From: Schmidtea polychroa
Lineage: Eukaryota
NCBI GenBank assembly: GCA_044892525.1
Contig: CM097885.1
Span: forward strand, 7,690,001 to 7,754,000
Direction of reading: 5' to 3'
Length of the DNA: 64,000 nt
Positions 31,725-45,500 of the stretch are shown piece after piece (position 1 is the stretch's first letter; each line of letters opens with the position of its first letter). The notes beneath the pieces were generated by a model. The model was not told the DNA's origin. It worked only from the letters and a program-made list of their open reading frames with translations, and searched no databases. A program made the translations under genes and the position numbers.

Positions 31725-34316
31725 TTAGTATTAATAATTTATCGTTTCAAATTAATGAAAAGCTTAAAAAATACAATTTTATCCTAATTTTTTAATAAGA
31801 TCATCCATCTTCATTTTAACTCTAAATCAATGCATATTTCTTTTGCTATTTAATACAAATATTTTGCACGTTCGTTACCTTTCTCACGATAAAATTACAT
31901 TAAATCGATGTAGTGAGCCGTTACACGGCCTTAACAAAATCTATATAAATATTATATTATATATAAATTGGTGATCATTAGCGAATAAGGATCAATCAGA
32001 ACACAATTATGGCCAATCAAATATCACCTATAATTGCACATTATCTGGAACATCGCAGTCTACTCTATCTCATCCCAAGAGTCAATCAAAATTCATGCAA
32101 TCAGCTAATACTTCTACTTATCAATCAGGCTCTCTTAATCAATCTCAGACGAGTAAAGCAAATTTGATGCCATGTTATTATTATCAAGATTAACTGTATT
32201 CGGCTCCTAATAGTTTTAGTGTTGGCTCTCATAGACCAAAATCTTTATCCATTATAATTCGCGAAATATGTAATAAATCCTAAAAATAATATGAACCAGA
32301 ATAGATTTGTTATCCAACCATTACACAAATCAATTATGGATCCAAGAAATAACGAACAAATAAATTTATTGGGATATCTGAATAAATTGGAAGCTTGATA
32401 ATTAATTGTTACTTTTTATGATTTTTTGTGGATCAAGGAATATCGTATTTTTTTTGAGTTTTAATGCTTTATAAATAAATCATTTTTATTTATTGATGTT
32501 AAGTAAAAGTTTGTTTTGACAGATGCCAGAGATAATGCGGGAAACCAAGATTATTATTAACTGATTTCAGAATTTTATCAGTCGATCAGTTGAAAACAAA
32601 TTCATCTTGAATATCATAAACATTTTCATCTGTTTCATTAACTCCCACGACTAAATTCCTAACAATTCATTGTATAAACCTCTCTCCAATTTACTTTTGA
32701 TATTATTGAACTTTCACTTGACTTTATATTCCTTTTCAGAATTGAGACTTCAAAATTTAAAAATAAAAGTTCTTTTAAAGATACCAAAAAAAACTAATTA
32801 AACAAATATAAAATAATCGGGGAGAAAATGTGTAAATCGGAGATTGTGTCGTTCCGGAACTCTGAAAATACAAATTGAGGAAAAGAAATTAAAATTGATA
32901 AGAGAAATAACAAATCAAAGAAATACGTCAAGGTCATTCTTAAATGAAGTACAAATGAAAAATATGAAAATAAAAACAAAAAAAAATTGGGAATGGAATT
33001 TGGTCCGAAATAACAAATGGATTACTGGAGAAGTCGGAAAAATTAAAAAGTAAAGAAAACGAAATAAAATAGTATAACTCAACAGATGTCAGAGATGATG
33101 GAAATTTCCGGGAAAAAAAATTATCTAAAAGATTCATAAGATGGCAAAATATAAAAAGAAGGACACTAATTGGAGAAAGACAGAAATTATCGTAGAAGCA
33201 GAACTGAAAAAGCGAATAGAAATAAAATGATAGAAAACGTAGAATTGAAACATTATTTAACAGAAGATAAACGGAAAAAGAAATCTGATAGCTAAATCAG
33301 TAAGCCAATGAGACTTGAACTAACAACCAGCAATTCAAAAAGTATCTAAGTCAGGGCAGTAAAGCAGCCGGACCGATTGTATGAAGTGTCAGTCCACTAG
33401 CAGCTTATTAATAAGTGTCAGAAAATGGCAAGGTATAAAATAAACACACAAATTTCAAAGACAAGAGAAAATTTATTTTGGGAAGCAGAATTAGAGAGTA
33501 GATTATAAATAATTTGAAAAGAGAAGAAGTGAAGTCGTATTAAATCGTATTTAATAAAAGATAAAACGAAATAGCCAAAGAAATATAGAAAAGGGGAATA
33601 TAATCGTTAAAACCAATAACCTAGTGATAACCAAATTAACAAGCAGTAATTGTTAAAGTAGGAAAGCAACCAGATCAATTATGCGAGGTGTCTACCGCTA
33701 GCAGCAGTTAAATTGTCGGATAATTAAAGTGTTTCCAAAGTGCTTTTCGTCCCGAAGGGTTGTAATAAGCACTCGAATACGTTTGAGTTGCATTAAGAAA
33801 TTGGTTTCATTGTAATCGTTATAACCATTTAGGATATTCAACCGCCAATACGCCCAGGAAGCGAGGTCAACCCCGGAAAATACTACCGGGTCATCGAAGT
33901 CCACTGACTGGTGATATATCCTTTCGTAATTAAGACGCACTCACTCATCTAACGCTACAGTTGGTTGTCTCTGATTTCCCATTGGTTACATTTTCGTAGT
34001 CTGTATCTCTGTGTGCTTGTGCCTACAACATTGTGACCCATTTGATTTTATTAATTTTTGATTTTTCACTATAGGTTCGTAATAGTTAACAATATATATG
34101 GTTTTCATATTCATTTTCTGATCTATTTCAGTTTTATTGAATAGTTTTTTATTTAGAAAATTATTTTAATAACTCTTCGGTTCCATTTTTCACCACACCG
34201 AAAAAGCTTGATAAATGGTTTTGAATTTTTTTTATCTATATTTCAATCAATGTTAAAATTGAAACAATTAATCTCATTTGAAATGGTTGGTGAACTTATC
34301 TCTTTGGTGTTTGGAT

Positions 34317-34553
34317 CAGTGGCGTAACTAGTAGACGCAGGACCCTGCGTCCAGGGAGCCCAAAATTATTAGTAAAAAAATATTTACAATCATTTTCTGA
34401 AACTTTTTCCCGCAGTTATATTTGCCTACAAACATAAAACTATCATTGAATAGCGGCTGCTGTGAATAACTATGTATTAAACTTTAACCGAAAAGTTTAA
34501 GTGGAAATATTTTACATTGCGCGGGGGGCCCAAATTTCGAAGTTCCGCCACTG
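34317..34553. mobile_element. hAT-type MITE, 237 bp
   Basis: TIR CAGTGGCGTAACT / AGTTCCGCCACTG, perfect 8-bp TSD GTTTGGAT. Confidence 0.9.
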
Positions 34554-36240
34554 GTTTGGATGTTTTAATTATTGTCCCAACTCGGTTTGTATTTACATTA
34601 ATGTCATATAATAAAAATGCAAGGATTTTCTCGGAACACATTCACGTATGTGCGTATTTCTCCAAAATAGATCTCGTTGAATTTATAGAGAATGTTTCCA
34701 GTTGAAACCTGGTGAGTTTGGTTCTAATGATAAAGGTTAATGAGGTCGATTGGATCCAATAATATTTCTGGGGTAACGCATTTAATCAGACAATAGTGAT
34801 AGAGAGTAAACCCTGACTAGCAGTAATAGTGCAAATCTAGAGGCGCTCCCGGTTTAGTGTTTTCTTTCGAAACTTTAATTATTAATCCAACAGCGAAAAC
34901 CCGTAAATTCCATTTCTTTATTCAGAGTTCAAGCTATTCGAAAACATTCGGCACGAGCGGGAACAGGCGCAACAACAAGCCGAAAGATTGCAAACAAGGC
35001 TTACCCGGTTTAAGGGACGGTACCGGGAACTGGAAGGCACATGGTTCAGTCCCGCCAAGATGTAGAAGCGCCTGAAGTTGATTCAACAACTATAGCTTCA
35101 GAACGCCCAAGACTAGACGGAGATCCAAGCCCTCCGCCTTCAAGTACGGCAGCTGGAAACTCAACTCTATCAGAGATCCATCGAATAGGATGTAGTCGAA
35201 CAAATCGGACCCATGGTGGAAATAATCGCAATCCACGGGTGATCTGAGTCTCTCCCAAAGCCCAAGAAGGGATCCGAGGATCCGACCCAGCAAAATCAAC
35301 CAGGCAAAATTCCGACAGGTGCAGATGGCGAGTGCGCTAAGCACCAAATCAAACTGAACTATTTTAATTGTGATATTTACTATGCGGTCATAACCGTTAT
35401 CGCTGTATGTAATTATAATCTAGTTTCTTTAAAGAGACTCAAATTGAAATGTAAGGGGAAAATGGATTCGGAAACACTATCAAGTCTGAGGGACTAGTAA
35501 AAATCGAACATAGGTCTTCTATCGGTAGTCTGTGGACCCAAATGAGTGCTTGACAATTATAGCATGACAGGCATACTGACTTTCTGCCAGTGCTCAAACC
35601 CTTGATACAGTACCAACGTTGATCATTCAACGGGTATTAAATGGTCGAATTCTAATTGTATTCTGGGTTACGCTGGAGACAGGACGACAAGGCAAGATGT
35701 TAATTACCTGTAACCCACCAGTAATAACAACTTGAAAATCTCTCCTTGCCTATCCTACAAATCAAAAAAGAACTTCTGATCGAGAAGACGAGTTGAATTA
35801 TAAGTTCTTTCCTACCGAATAATAACACTAATCCAACAGTATTAATAATTGGAAACCGGTGTAATCATTATCTTGTTGAGGTTCTCAGAATCTCAACCTT
35901 GTGGTTCTTATATATTAGAAGCTCCTAACACATCTTCTAAATTATTTTTTAAATCCGGTTCAAAAGTTAACGTCATAATTCCAAGTATTTATTTTATGAA
36001 ATTTTGTAAAATTTCCAAACAAATTTTCAGTGTTGAATAAAATATTTTAAAAACTATTTGTAGTTTTATTGACACAATGAAATCACAACGTTTTTTAAAT
36101 TCTATTTTTATCACAATATCTGTATATTCAAACAAATTTAATTATGCAATTACATCTCCGCCTGATTTTCATCTTCGTTCTCGATAAAACTGGTTTCAAA
36201 ATCATCAAGATATCGAGGTATTTTTGTCCTGCCTCTACGT

Positions 36241-37020
36241 TTATCTCGGCGTAGTGTTGAATATAGGATTGTCTACATCTGTTAATTCACCATCGTCGTT
36301 GTTCTCCAATGACGCTTCGTTGACTGCCGGCCGTATGTCGGAATAGTGTCGCGGAATCCCGTTGATATCGAAGTTAGTCGATGAATTTACCTTCGTTATA
36401 ATCCCTTCACCCCATTTTGATGTGCACTTCGCGTTTGGTGGTTTAACGTAAACTGCATCGTCAACTTGGAACGACATTTCATGTGTCTTCTCTTCTGTAT
36501 AACAAGCGCCAACTCCTTTCCAACAATATGAAAACACGGATGAAGACGGCGGCATTCCGCACTTGTCATTGGGTTCTAGGTTATACCAATATACAATTTC
36601 CAATATTCCTTTGTTGGTTCTTGCTGCCTTGCATTTAATTGTACGATGGTTTCGTTCTATTATGCCGTTTCCTGATGGCCGATAAGCACATCGAAACACA
36701 CATTTCACACCCCATTTGCGACACAGTACTTTCATTTGTGTCGACCGAAATGATGTCGCATTATCAATCACCAGCTCATCAGGGGAACCTCGTTCTCTAA
36801 AGATCTGTTCAAGATTCCATGTAATGGTCTCCGCGTCTTCACCTCTTATTTCTCTCCAGAGAGCAAAACGACCCGGTCCACAATCAATCATAGTTAAATA
36901 AAGCTTACTTAGATAGTGTGTAACATTCATAGCCAGTCTCTTCCACGTCTCCTTAACGCTTAACTCTCCATGCTCCCATTTTACAGGCGGTGGATCTATA
37001 GATTGACATTCTCAACATTC
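36241..37020 (-). pseudogene. Ty3/gypsy integrase fragment
   Basis: ECQSIDP..WKRLAMNVTH (first catalytic Asp replaced by Asn), VIDNATSF, GNGIIERNHRTIK; no adjoining RT. Confidence 0.85.
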
Positions 37021-37551
37021 ACATAATATCTCCGTTGTCAAATTTATGTTAATAAATAATTAAGTCACATTCAAATTGTTAATGGATTAATCATGTAATG
37101 TCCTGCAACCATTGCCAAATTTCTCCCATCACTCCTTGTTCTGAATGTATGTTTACCGCACCTTACGATTTAATAGTGTTCTAACAATCTTTATATCCTT
37201 AATTGGAATGCTTTCTATTTATTTATTAAATTTCAATGTGACCAAAAATGACAATTGAAACACAAAAATAATTCCCTTTAAAGCGATAAGAAAAATAAGT
37301 GAAGCACAAGTTCCCTGTAATTCAATAAAAAATGTTATCATTCATTCGGAAGTAAGCTATAAAGTAATATTTTCCGTCTCAAATTCATGATTAACGTTTT
37401 CTGATTTCGGTGCAAGCATGACAATTTCACTTCATTATCGACTGCATAGGAGCGCCCTAAGCGAGCGCAAAATTCATTATTCCAGCGCATTCTCTCATTA
37501 AACCGAAAAAAATTTATCAGGTTTCCTAACAATCAATTTTTATAAACAAAT

Positions 37552-38355
37552 TCATCGAAAATCAAATTTCAAGCTCAAAATTTTGATAAAAATAATAAAA
37601 AATAATGAAATAAAATCAAAACAAGGAAAAAATAATTCATTAAGACGCTTTTCATCAAGAACTTTGCCAAATCTATAAATTAATAAAAAATAATCAAATT
37701 TTGAGGTGGCATTATATTTGCGGATTTTGCTAATAGAATGCAAATATTGTATTTCTCCAGTGTCACTGAGTGCCATTACCTCATCGTAATCGATGACTGA
37801 ATAAACTCTTCTTCCCCAAAAATCCAAGTGACCGATTTTGACGAATCTTTTATCCTCACTCACGGCAATCTTGAGTGGTGAATAAATAGTCATTTAGAAA
37901 AAAAATGAAATTATAATACATTGCCTACAATTCTCGTTACAATGACGCTATAAACACCAAGAAGAGCAAGAAATACATTACAAGCAATAACGCATTCAAC
38001 CAAATGCTGCTTGTCAACAATTATTGGCGATATGGCAATCAAGGCGATTGCCACTCGGAATTTAATGCGAGATATTAAATGAATAATCGTTTGAGGGGGA
38101 AACCAGAACACGGTATTCCATTTAATATCTTGAAAATTTGATAAAATTAAGGAGTTTTTGGAAAAATATGTTTTTGAATTATCTTGGTAAATTAGCTTTG
38201 ATTTGAGGTCTTTGAAATAACTCATATAACGCTAAAAGAATAGATTAAAAATTATTTTACAAAAATTAACAACTTACACTTTTCATAGAAGTTGGTAACC
38301 ATGAATTATTTATTAGTGAATTGCGATTTCTAGTCAATTTCAAAATGTGCAACAT
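37552..38355 (-). CDS. TMEM186: TMEM186-like mitochondrial membrane protein; exons 38355-38278, 38231-37920, 37869-37552
   Basis: Two phase-0 GT-AG introns (46 and 50 bp) join the ORFs; LISRIK, two TM segments, TRIVG, KIGHLDFWGRR and YRFGKVLD resemble TMEM186; basic N-terminal transit-like peptide. Confidence 0.75.
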
Positions 38356-38989
38356 TTATTTAAAGTATAAAGAAAACAATTAATATTAAAACATTTAATG
38401 TTTATCAAAAACATTCTAATTTAAAATTTGAAAAAAATATTTTTATGATTTTATATATGAAGAATAAATATTTAAAATGTGAATTCATTTCTATTATAAA
38501 AGGAAACTAAAATACTTAATAAAGTTCTTAAGGTAGTTGTCAAGGCTACTTTTTCTAATGCATATAACTTAACGAAATTTAGCATAACTGTTGACTCATT
38601 ATTGACAAGAATATTGGTTATTCAGGTTTGATTTCAGTAATACAAATAGTCAACTACATTATTGTTCCAGGATCATTTCTTAATGACATCTCAGAAATTT
38701 CATATTCTCTTCATCTTGTTTTAATCTGGATAGACAGAAATTTACTATTTTTAATCGCAAATTTACATTCATATTGAAAATTTTTCAATGTAATTAAATT
38801 TTGTTCAAACTTTTTTAAACCTGTAAATGATTTAAATTTAATACAAATTTAACAACCGATCATATATTAGAAACTGGTAAGATTCAGTACTCGAGGATTT
38901 TATGGTGACCATTGGAAAGAATTATGTTGTTTCATGATCTAGTAAAATGTAAATGACAATATATGAATTAATTAAAAAAGCATATTGAT

Positions 38990-39490
38990 GCATTAATTTT
39001 GCCATAATAGGAAATCACTGAAATATACCAACTGTTTAATTCTCGATGATGCTGATTGAACCAAAGATGATATTTATTTTAGACTCTATTACTATATAAA
39101 TCTTTACGAATATCCACATCGGATTTTATCATGCTGCTATATGTCATCTCATGAATACCAGCAGTTTCCAATTCCAAGAATGATGACTGGAACAAAACTT
39201 TTTGAAATCTGAATCTTTCATATCCAATGTTAATAACTTGATCATCTGGAAGTTGATAACTTTTTTCAAGTAATGATGAAAAAGCACCTGTTTGCATTTC
39301 ATGTTCAAAATCAAGACCAATGTAATAAAAACTTTCTTTAAAATCTCGAACAGTTTCTCTTTCGGCAGTAGTTGTAAAACTGTATCTTCTGTCTCATAAT
39401 AATGTCATAAATAATCAGTTAAGTCTCTTCCGTTCAAACTCATTGAGTGAATTGAACGATCCAACGCATAAACACCATCTCTGGAATCTC
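38990..39490 (-). pseudogene. Actin pseudogene fragment
   Basis: [76 protein letters not shown] with frameshift, stops and deletions. Confidence 0.92.
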
Positions 39491-41112
39491 TCTTAGACAG
39501 AGCCCATCACCAACATAACTAATAAATTAATCCACACCAGAATAGTTGACAGACGAAAAGTGAATAGTGTTTTGGAGAATTAAATCAAAATAAATAAAAA
39601 TGAATAAAAAGAATATGATATTTTAAAAAATCCAAATAGTTTTCTGTGACTGACTTATTATTGTTGGGCTGGAACCGAGAATCGAGAGCTTGTTTTAATG
39701 AATCAAAAACACATAACATAAAAATCGCACCAAGTTAAATTAAAACACCAATCAATACGAATTAAAGTACATAACACATTGATGATAAATAAGACCCGGG
39801 TGATAAAATAAAGGAACGAAAATAAAGGTCGCAATCACTAACACAATTAGGAGAAACATCACATTCGGAATAGCTAACAACTAAGAAATAAAATAATAAT
39901 AAATAAAATAATGGGTAATAAATTAATTAATAATATGAAAAATTTCTAAATAAATAAATTTAAAATTTAAAATAAATTATCTAGTAAACTGGTAAAATAA
40001 TAAAAAGTAGAATAAAAGTAGTAAAATTAGATAAACCATAAAATTTATAAAACTAAATTGTTTAATGAAAACTAAAAATAAAACCAACAAAATTATTTAA
40101 ATTATAAAACTTATAAAACCAAATTGTTTAAATTAATGAAACTAAAGTAAAATTAACTGAACTTATTTAAATTATAAAACTTGTAAAACTAAATTAAAAT
40201 TAGCAAAAAACTATTTAAATTATAGAATTTATAAAAATAAATCTTAAAAATTAATAAAAATTAGAATTTTGATTAATTAAATTAATTAAATTAAAAAATA
40301 ATAATTGCACACATTCATGCATGCATGCAAAAATTAATCAGAATTGCCTCGCATTCTAATTGGATATAACAGCAGAGAATGCGTAGGCGTATAATTCAAT
40401 CAGTATAAATACTGAGTGAAATTTCATTTAAAAAAACTCTCTCGCTCCACTGGTTACACAACAGTTCATTTACTGGCAGTGAACATATGCTCTCAATTTT
40501 CGATTCCATGCCATCGCGGTGAGGTAAATTTGATTTTTGTTAATTTTATGTTAATGATTTATATGTTAATTTTACGTTAAAACTTATATGAAATAATATG
40601 TAATTTTTAGGATTTAGTAATTGAATGTCTGTTCTTTTGTGTCTGTTCATTTTAATTTTACCTTGGAATAATATTTTAATAGGAGTAAGATGAGTTTGAT
40701 TTTATTAATGACAAATTTATATGATGTAAAATGTAATTTGTAGGATTGAATAAAATTTTTTAATTGGATTTGTTTTTAATTGATTCTGGAGTCTTGTTTA
40801 TGATATTTTTTTGGATAATATGATAATGTAGGTTGGTGTTTTATGATATTTATGTGTCGATGGTCTGGACTGGGGGAAGGTTTGTGGATGGGCGGCACTA
40901 CGTGCTGTTGGTCGGCAGATGTTTCGCCAGTTGAGTCCATGGGGGTAGGGAATATAGATAGGGATATGAACGGTTAGAGGGGGAAAATCAATTTGCGATA
41001 GTTTAGGGCCTTATTTAGAGTTAGGTAGTATTGGACGGCTCAGTCACTTTTATTTTCATAGATATTTCCGAGTTAGGAGAAATAATAGGATAGTTATGTC
41101 CAGTTGTCGGTA

Positions 41113-42169
41113 TGTTGAGGTCTGTAAATTAAAATTAAAAATTTAAATAAAATTTAGGATAATAATTCAAATGGAAAGTAAGCGAGGAAAAATGGCGAAT
41201 AAAAGCGGGATCGTGCACAGAATTAATAGTAAAGGAAAGTGCGATGGAAACAGTATCAGAAAATGCAAAAAGCAATTACGAAAGGCGAGAATCCGGAAAT
41301 CCGAGAAAAATCAATAAAGGGAAAAATCATCGAAATCGAATGGGAAAAACGGGACAGGTATAGAATAGCTAATGGTCAACAAGATGATGGTTAGGGATTT
41401 ATCAGAAAAGGGTTAGGAAGGGTCGAAAAACATTCAAACGTATGAAAACAGAAAACGTTAATTAATTAATTAATTGGCTAATGGAAAACCCGAGCTAATG
41501 GGAAACCCGAGCCAATGGAGAACCCGAGAGATAAAGGAAACCCGAGCTGGGTAAACAAGAAGAAAGGCAAACAAAAGGAAGATTTGGGCCCATTAGCTTG
41601 ACACAATGATTAATGGGAAAAGAGTAAGGAGAAGATAGCGCGCGTAGGAAGACCGGTAGGGCCATTAATTATCTGGATTCGTTGGACCATTATGGGTGAC
41701 AGCCGAAGCAAACACGTAGGAGAAAATGTCAAACGAAAGATTGGCTCGGCAATAACCATTTGTCATCCTGATTTCGAGGAGTATATAAGCAAAGGGAAAA
41801 TCAGAGAAAATCGGCATTCTGCCTCAGCTAGGGTTCGAAGAATTAGACTGTAGGAAAAGTGGTAAACGATTTAGGGAAGTAGGGAAAAGAAGAAATAGAA
41901 TTAAGAATACGGAAAGGCGAAAAGAGATCAAACCAAACCGAAACCGAGGAAAACGAGAGTCAACAGAACTAAAGGATCAAAAGGTGAATATTGTTTGTTT
42001 GCAAAGCATCAACGCCGAGCAGAGAATCGTATAAAACTTTGATTGGTAATTGTAGCGTGATAATAAATTGTGAACCTGTTGTTTCAATATACGTTGGGTC
42101 GTTCATTGTTTTAATTTAAAGAACACAGGAGTCAGAGAGAACCGACTTGAAATAATCCAAAACCCAACA
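41113..42169 (+). repeat. 5' LTR
   Basis: TGTTG...CAACA; TATATAA at ~41782 and AATAAA at ~42062; matches 52653-53709 (one mismatch noticed by eye). Confidence 0.96.
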
Positions 42170-42176
42170 TATATTC

Positions 42177-42192
42177 TGGTGAGCCCAACGTG
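42177..42192 (+). promoter_or_regulatory. Primer-binding site, resembling tRNA-Lys(CTT)-type PBS
   Basis: TGGTGAGCCCAACGTG 7 nt after the LTR versus canonical TGGCGCCCAACGTGG; followed by ~72-bp tandem repeats to ~42440. Confidence 0.6.
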
Positions 42193-42593
42193 ATTGCAAG
42201 TCGGCGGAAAATTATTGAAAGTTAGTGAAAAAATTAATTGTTGAAAAAAAAATAGTACCGACGTGATAGAAAGTCGGAGGAAAATTATTGAAAGCTACTG
42301 AAAAAGAAATTATTAAAAAATTAGTACCGACGTGATTGAAAGTCGGCGGAAAGTTACTTAAGTTAGCGAAAAAGTTAATTATTGGAAAAGTACTACAGAA
42401 GTGAGTGAAAGTCGGCTGAGAATCATTAAAAGTAGTGAAAAAGTTGTGGAAAATAGTGTTAACGAGAGAGATATAAAAGGCTATTATTGGGAGATTTAAA
42501 AGAAGTTGAAAAGTAATTTTAAATTATTGTTTAACGTTTGAAGTTTAGCTCAAAGTGAACCGATACAACCTCAGAAGTCAGAAACAAGTCCAA

Positions 42594-45500
42594 ATGGCAA
42601 ATGATAATGCTGTTATGCCTCTCAATAGAGAGATGATTGATTTCGCAAGTTGCCAGAAATTACCCGTCAATCAATATGGAGGAGACCCTGTCGAATTTGC
42701 AGATTTCATGGAAGATTATTATATGTACGCCTCAGCATACGGATGGACACAAGCCATAATGGTTCAGAGATTCCCACTCTATCTGAAGGGTGCGGCAAGA
42801 GAAGCCTGGCAGCAGGTCGACAAACGAAATGTTGGTAATGATTGGACAAAATTGAAGGATGCAATGGCACTGAAACTGGTTGGTGGAGATATCAAAAGAA
42901 TCATGCGACAGAAATTTTATAATCGAGTTCAAGGCCCAGATGAATCGGTCAGTGAGTTTGCTTATCATCTGACCACTTTAGCAGATAAAGCCTTCGAAGT
43001 CAAACCAGATCAAGCAGATATGGCCAAGCAGGTTTAAGAGCTGTTAGAAGATCAGTTTATAACCGGAGTTCACTCCGAAATCAAAAAAGCCCTATGTTAT
43101 GTGGATTTTTCCAATTTCGATGAGCTCGTGAAGAAAGCCATGAAAATAGAGCTGAATTTGAAAAGTGCAAAAAGATCAGATGCTTTTGGAGTTAATGTGG
43201 AGAGACGTGAGCGATCAATTACGCCTGTGAGAGCACCATGGGATGAAAAGAAAATAAATCAAATCAGTAGTCCAATTTTGAGACCAAATAATAGATTTCA
43301 AGCCAGTAGATCAGCCATGAATGTACAATCAAATGGACAGGTAAATAATCCTCAATGCGAACATTGCAAAAAGTCTGGACACTACTCAAATCAATGTTGG
43401 TTCAAATATGGGAAAAATCCCAGCCCTAACAAGAGATTCACAGAAAACAAACGGATCAGCAGTGATGTCGAATGCTATCGATGTGGAAAGAAAGGGCATA
43501 TTAGCAGAAACTGTTTCACCAGATCAAGATCATCGTCAACGTCACCTTCACCACAAAGGGACAAAGTGAATACAAATGGACAGATACAATGTCATTCGTG
43601 CAAGGGATACGGCCACATGGCGCGATCATGCCCAAGGAACTCAGAAAGATTCAGCAGACCTATTTTAAAGAAATCAATCAGATTCCAAGAAGATATGCCA
43701 AACACCAGTAACATGACATATGCTCAAAGAGAGGAATTTCAAGACAAAATGGAAAAGGAATTTCGAGAAATGCGACAGAAGCTAAACAAACTAGTGGCGA
43801 AATTTGAATCAGATGAGGAAACTGAATCTCATATGATAATTGGAACCGTGTCAGAAGGTGAGGGAAAACCTGCCACGAAAGTGCGAAAGATCGCTTCAGA
43901 TGAGAATCCAACTGCACTGTTAGCCCGAGTTGAAAAATGGCTTGAGAAAATGGAAACTGACAACTCCCAGTTGAAACGATGGATCGCGGAACTCAGTGTG
44001 ATGTCACTAACCCAAAGCGAACTAAAGAGAGCCATAAATTTATGTGCAAAGTTAGTCAAAGGAAACAGAGACGATGAGATACTTAAACAAATGCAGAACT
44101 TTGGGAAGGCTTTACGGTCAACAATGGATTTAGCTGATATCATAGTGGAAACGACGGGACTTGATAATGTGAAGTGCCAATTCCGTGTAAATGCATACGG
44201 ACAAATCAGAGAGCTAAAGGAGCGAATACTGCGTCAATACAGTGGATGGCAAGTGCAATTAAAATTTGAAAATCGATGTCTGGAAGACGAAGAGTACTTA
44301 GTAGATTGCGGTCTGATACCAGGCTGGAAAAATAAAGTAAATGTCGTTAATGCTGTTAATACTTTGAAATCAGACAGACAAAATTGGGAAAAGATTCTAG
44401 CAGATTTACAAGATACCCTGTATGCAGGGAATAGAGATAAAATTAAATCGAGTATCGACTTCATAATGAGCATCGAAATGGATCGAGACATGAAAGAAGG
44501 GTTGTTTGAATGTATCGTACCGTATACGAATAAACCGACGAGTTATCAGGCAAAGCTAAAAGAGGTAATCCGAAAACTAGGACATGATTATGAGGCGGCA
44601 GACGATAGTGCGAAGTCTTTGATAATAGCGTTAAATATTGTGGATCAAAGGATTGAATATTATCAGGAACATTGGAGTGTAAAAGCAAAGAAAATACGAC
44701 AAAAAGCAGCGGAGATATTAGGTAATGAAGGAATTATCGTGTTGACGTTCAAAGGACGAGAATTGGATGATGAAGAATATTTATTAAACTACGGATGTAA
44801 CCAAAATTGTATTAATAATGTGTACGCAACAAAACAAAGTGATGAAATGGAAAGAGATGCGGTAATAGTACCGTTTTGGCCTCTATATGAGGAAATGGAT
44901 AATAATAATGTGGAGATTAAAACTGAAGTTGTAGATGACCCAGGAGAAATTGATCAAGAAATTAATGAATTGCAGAGATTAGAAACAATGGAAAAAGAGG
45001 AAATGGGATCGGAAAATGAAGTTGCAAGGGATATCGAGGAAATGAGCACCGATAATAAGGTACTACCGAGCATAGATGAGATGAAGAGCGAAGAGAACTT
45101 CGTTGAAACGAAAAATGACATTGAGATATGTCGGAAAAAACAGAATGATGCGGAAATTGAATCTTTGAGTTTAGATGAATCAAGCGAAACTGAACGTTTA
45201 GATGAATCAAGCAGGACTGAGCGAATATTAAAAAGTTTAGTTACGGAATTGTACTTGTTAGATGAAACTGAAACAGAAGGAGATGACACTTCGGAGGGGG
45301 AGAAAAGAGTTGTAAAAAGATTGGCAACGGAATTAAAGAGGAGATTACCGTCGATAATTAAAAGAAATTATGAAGAAAAGGAATTTTGTGAGGAAGCAGT
45401 AATTGAGGACCTAACACGAACTGAGTTAGATCGAGATGTAATATTGACAGTGTTAGCCTATATAATATTGGAGATTGGTATTTATGGTTGTCTGGAAAAT

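Noticed and set aside
32831..33640. Possible solo LTR (purine-rich, TATA and AATAAA-like motifs)
   Set aside because: No convincing termini or TSD and no second copy in the window
34857..35630. Cluster of short GC-richer ORFs
   Set aside because: No recognisable motifs; likely a decayed element fragment that I cannot assign
39660..41112. Older element or spliced non-coding unit hosting the LTR insertion (continues after 53710)
   Set aside because: TATA-like and intron-like signals are visible, but no boundaries or coding evidence can be established
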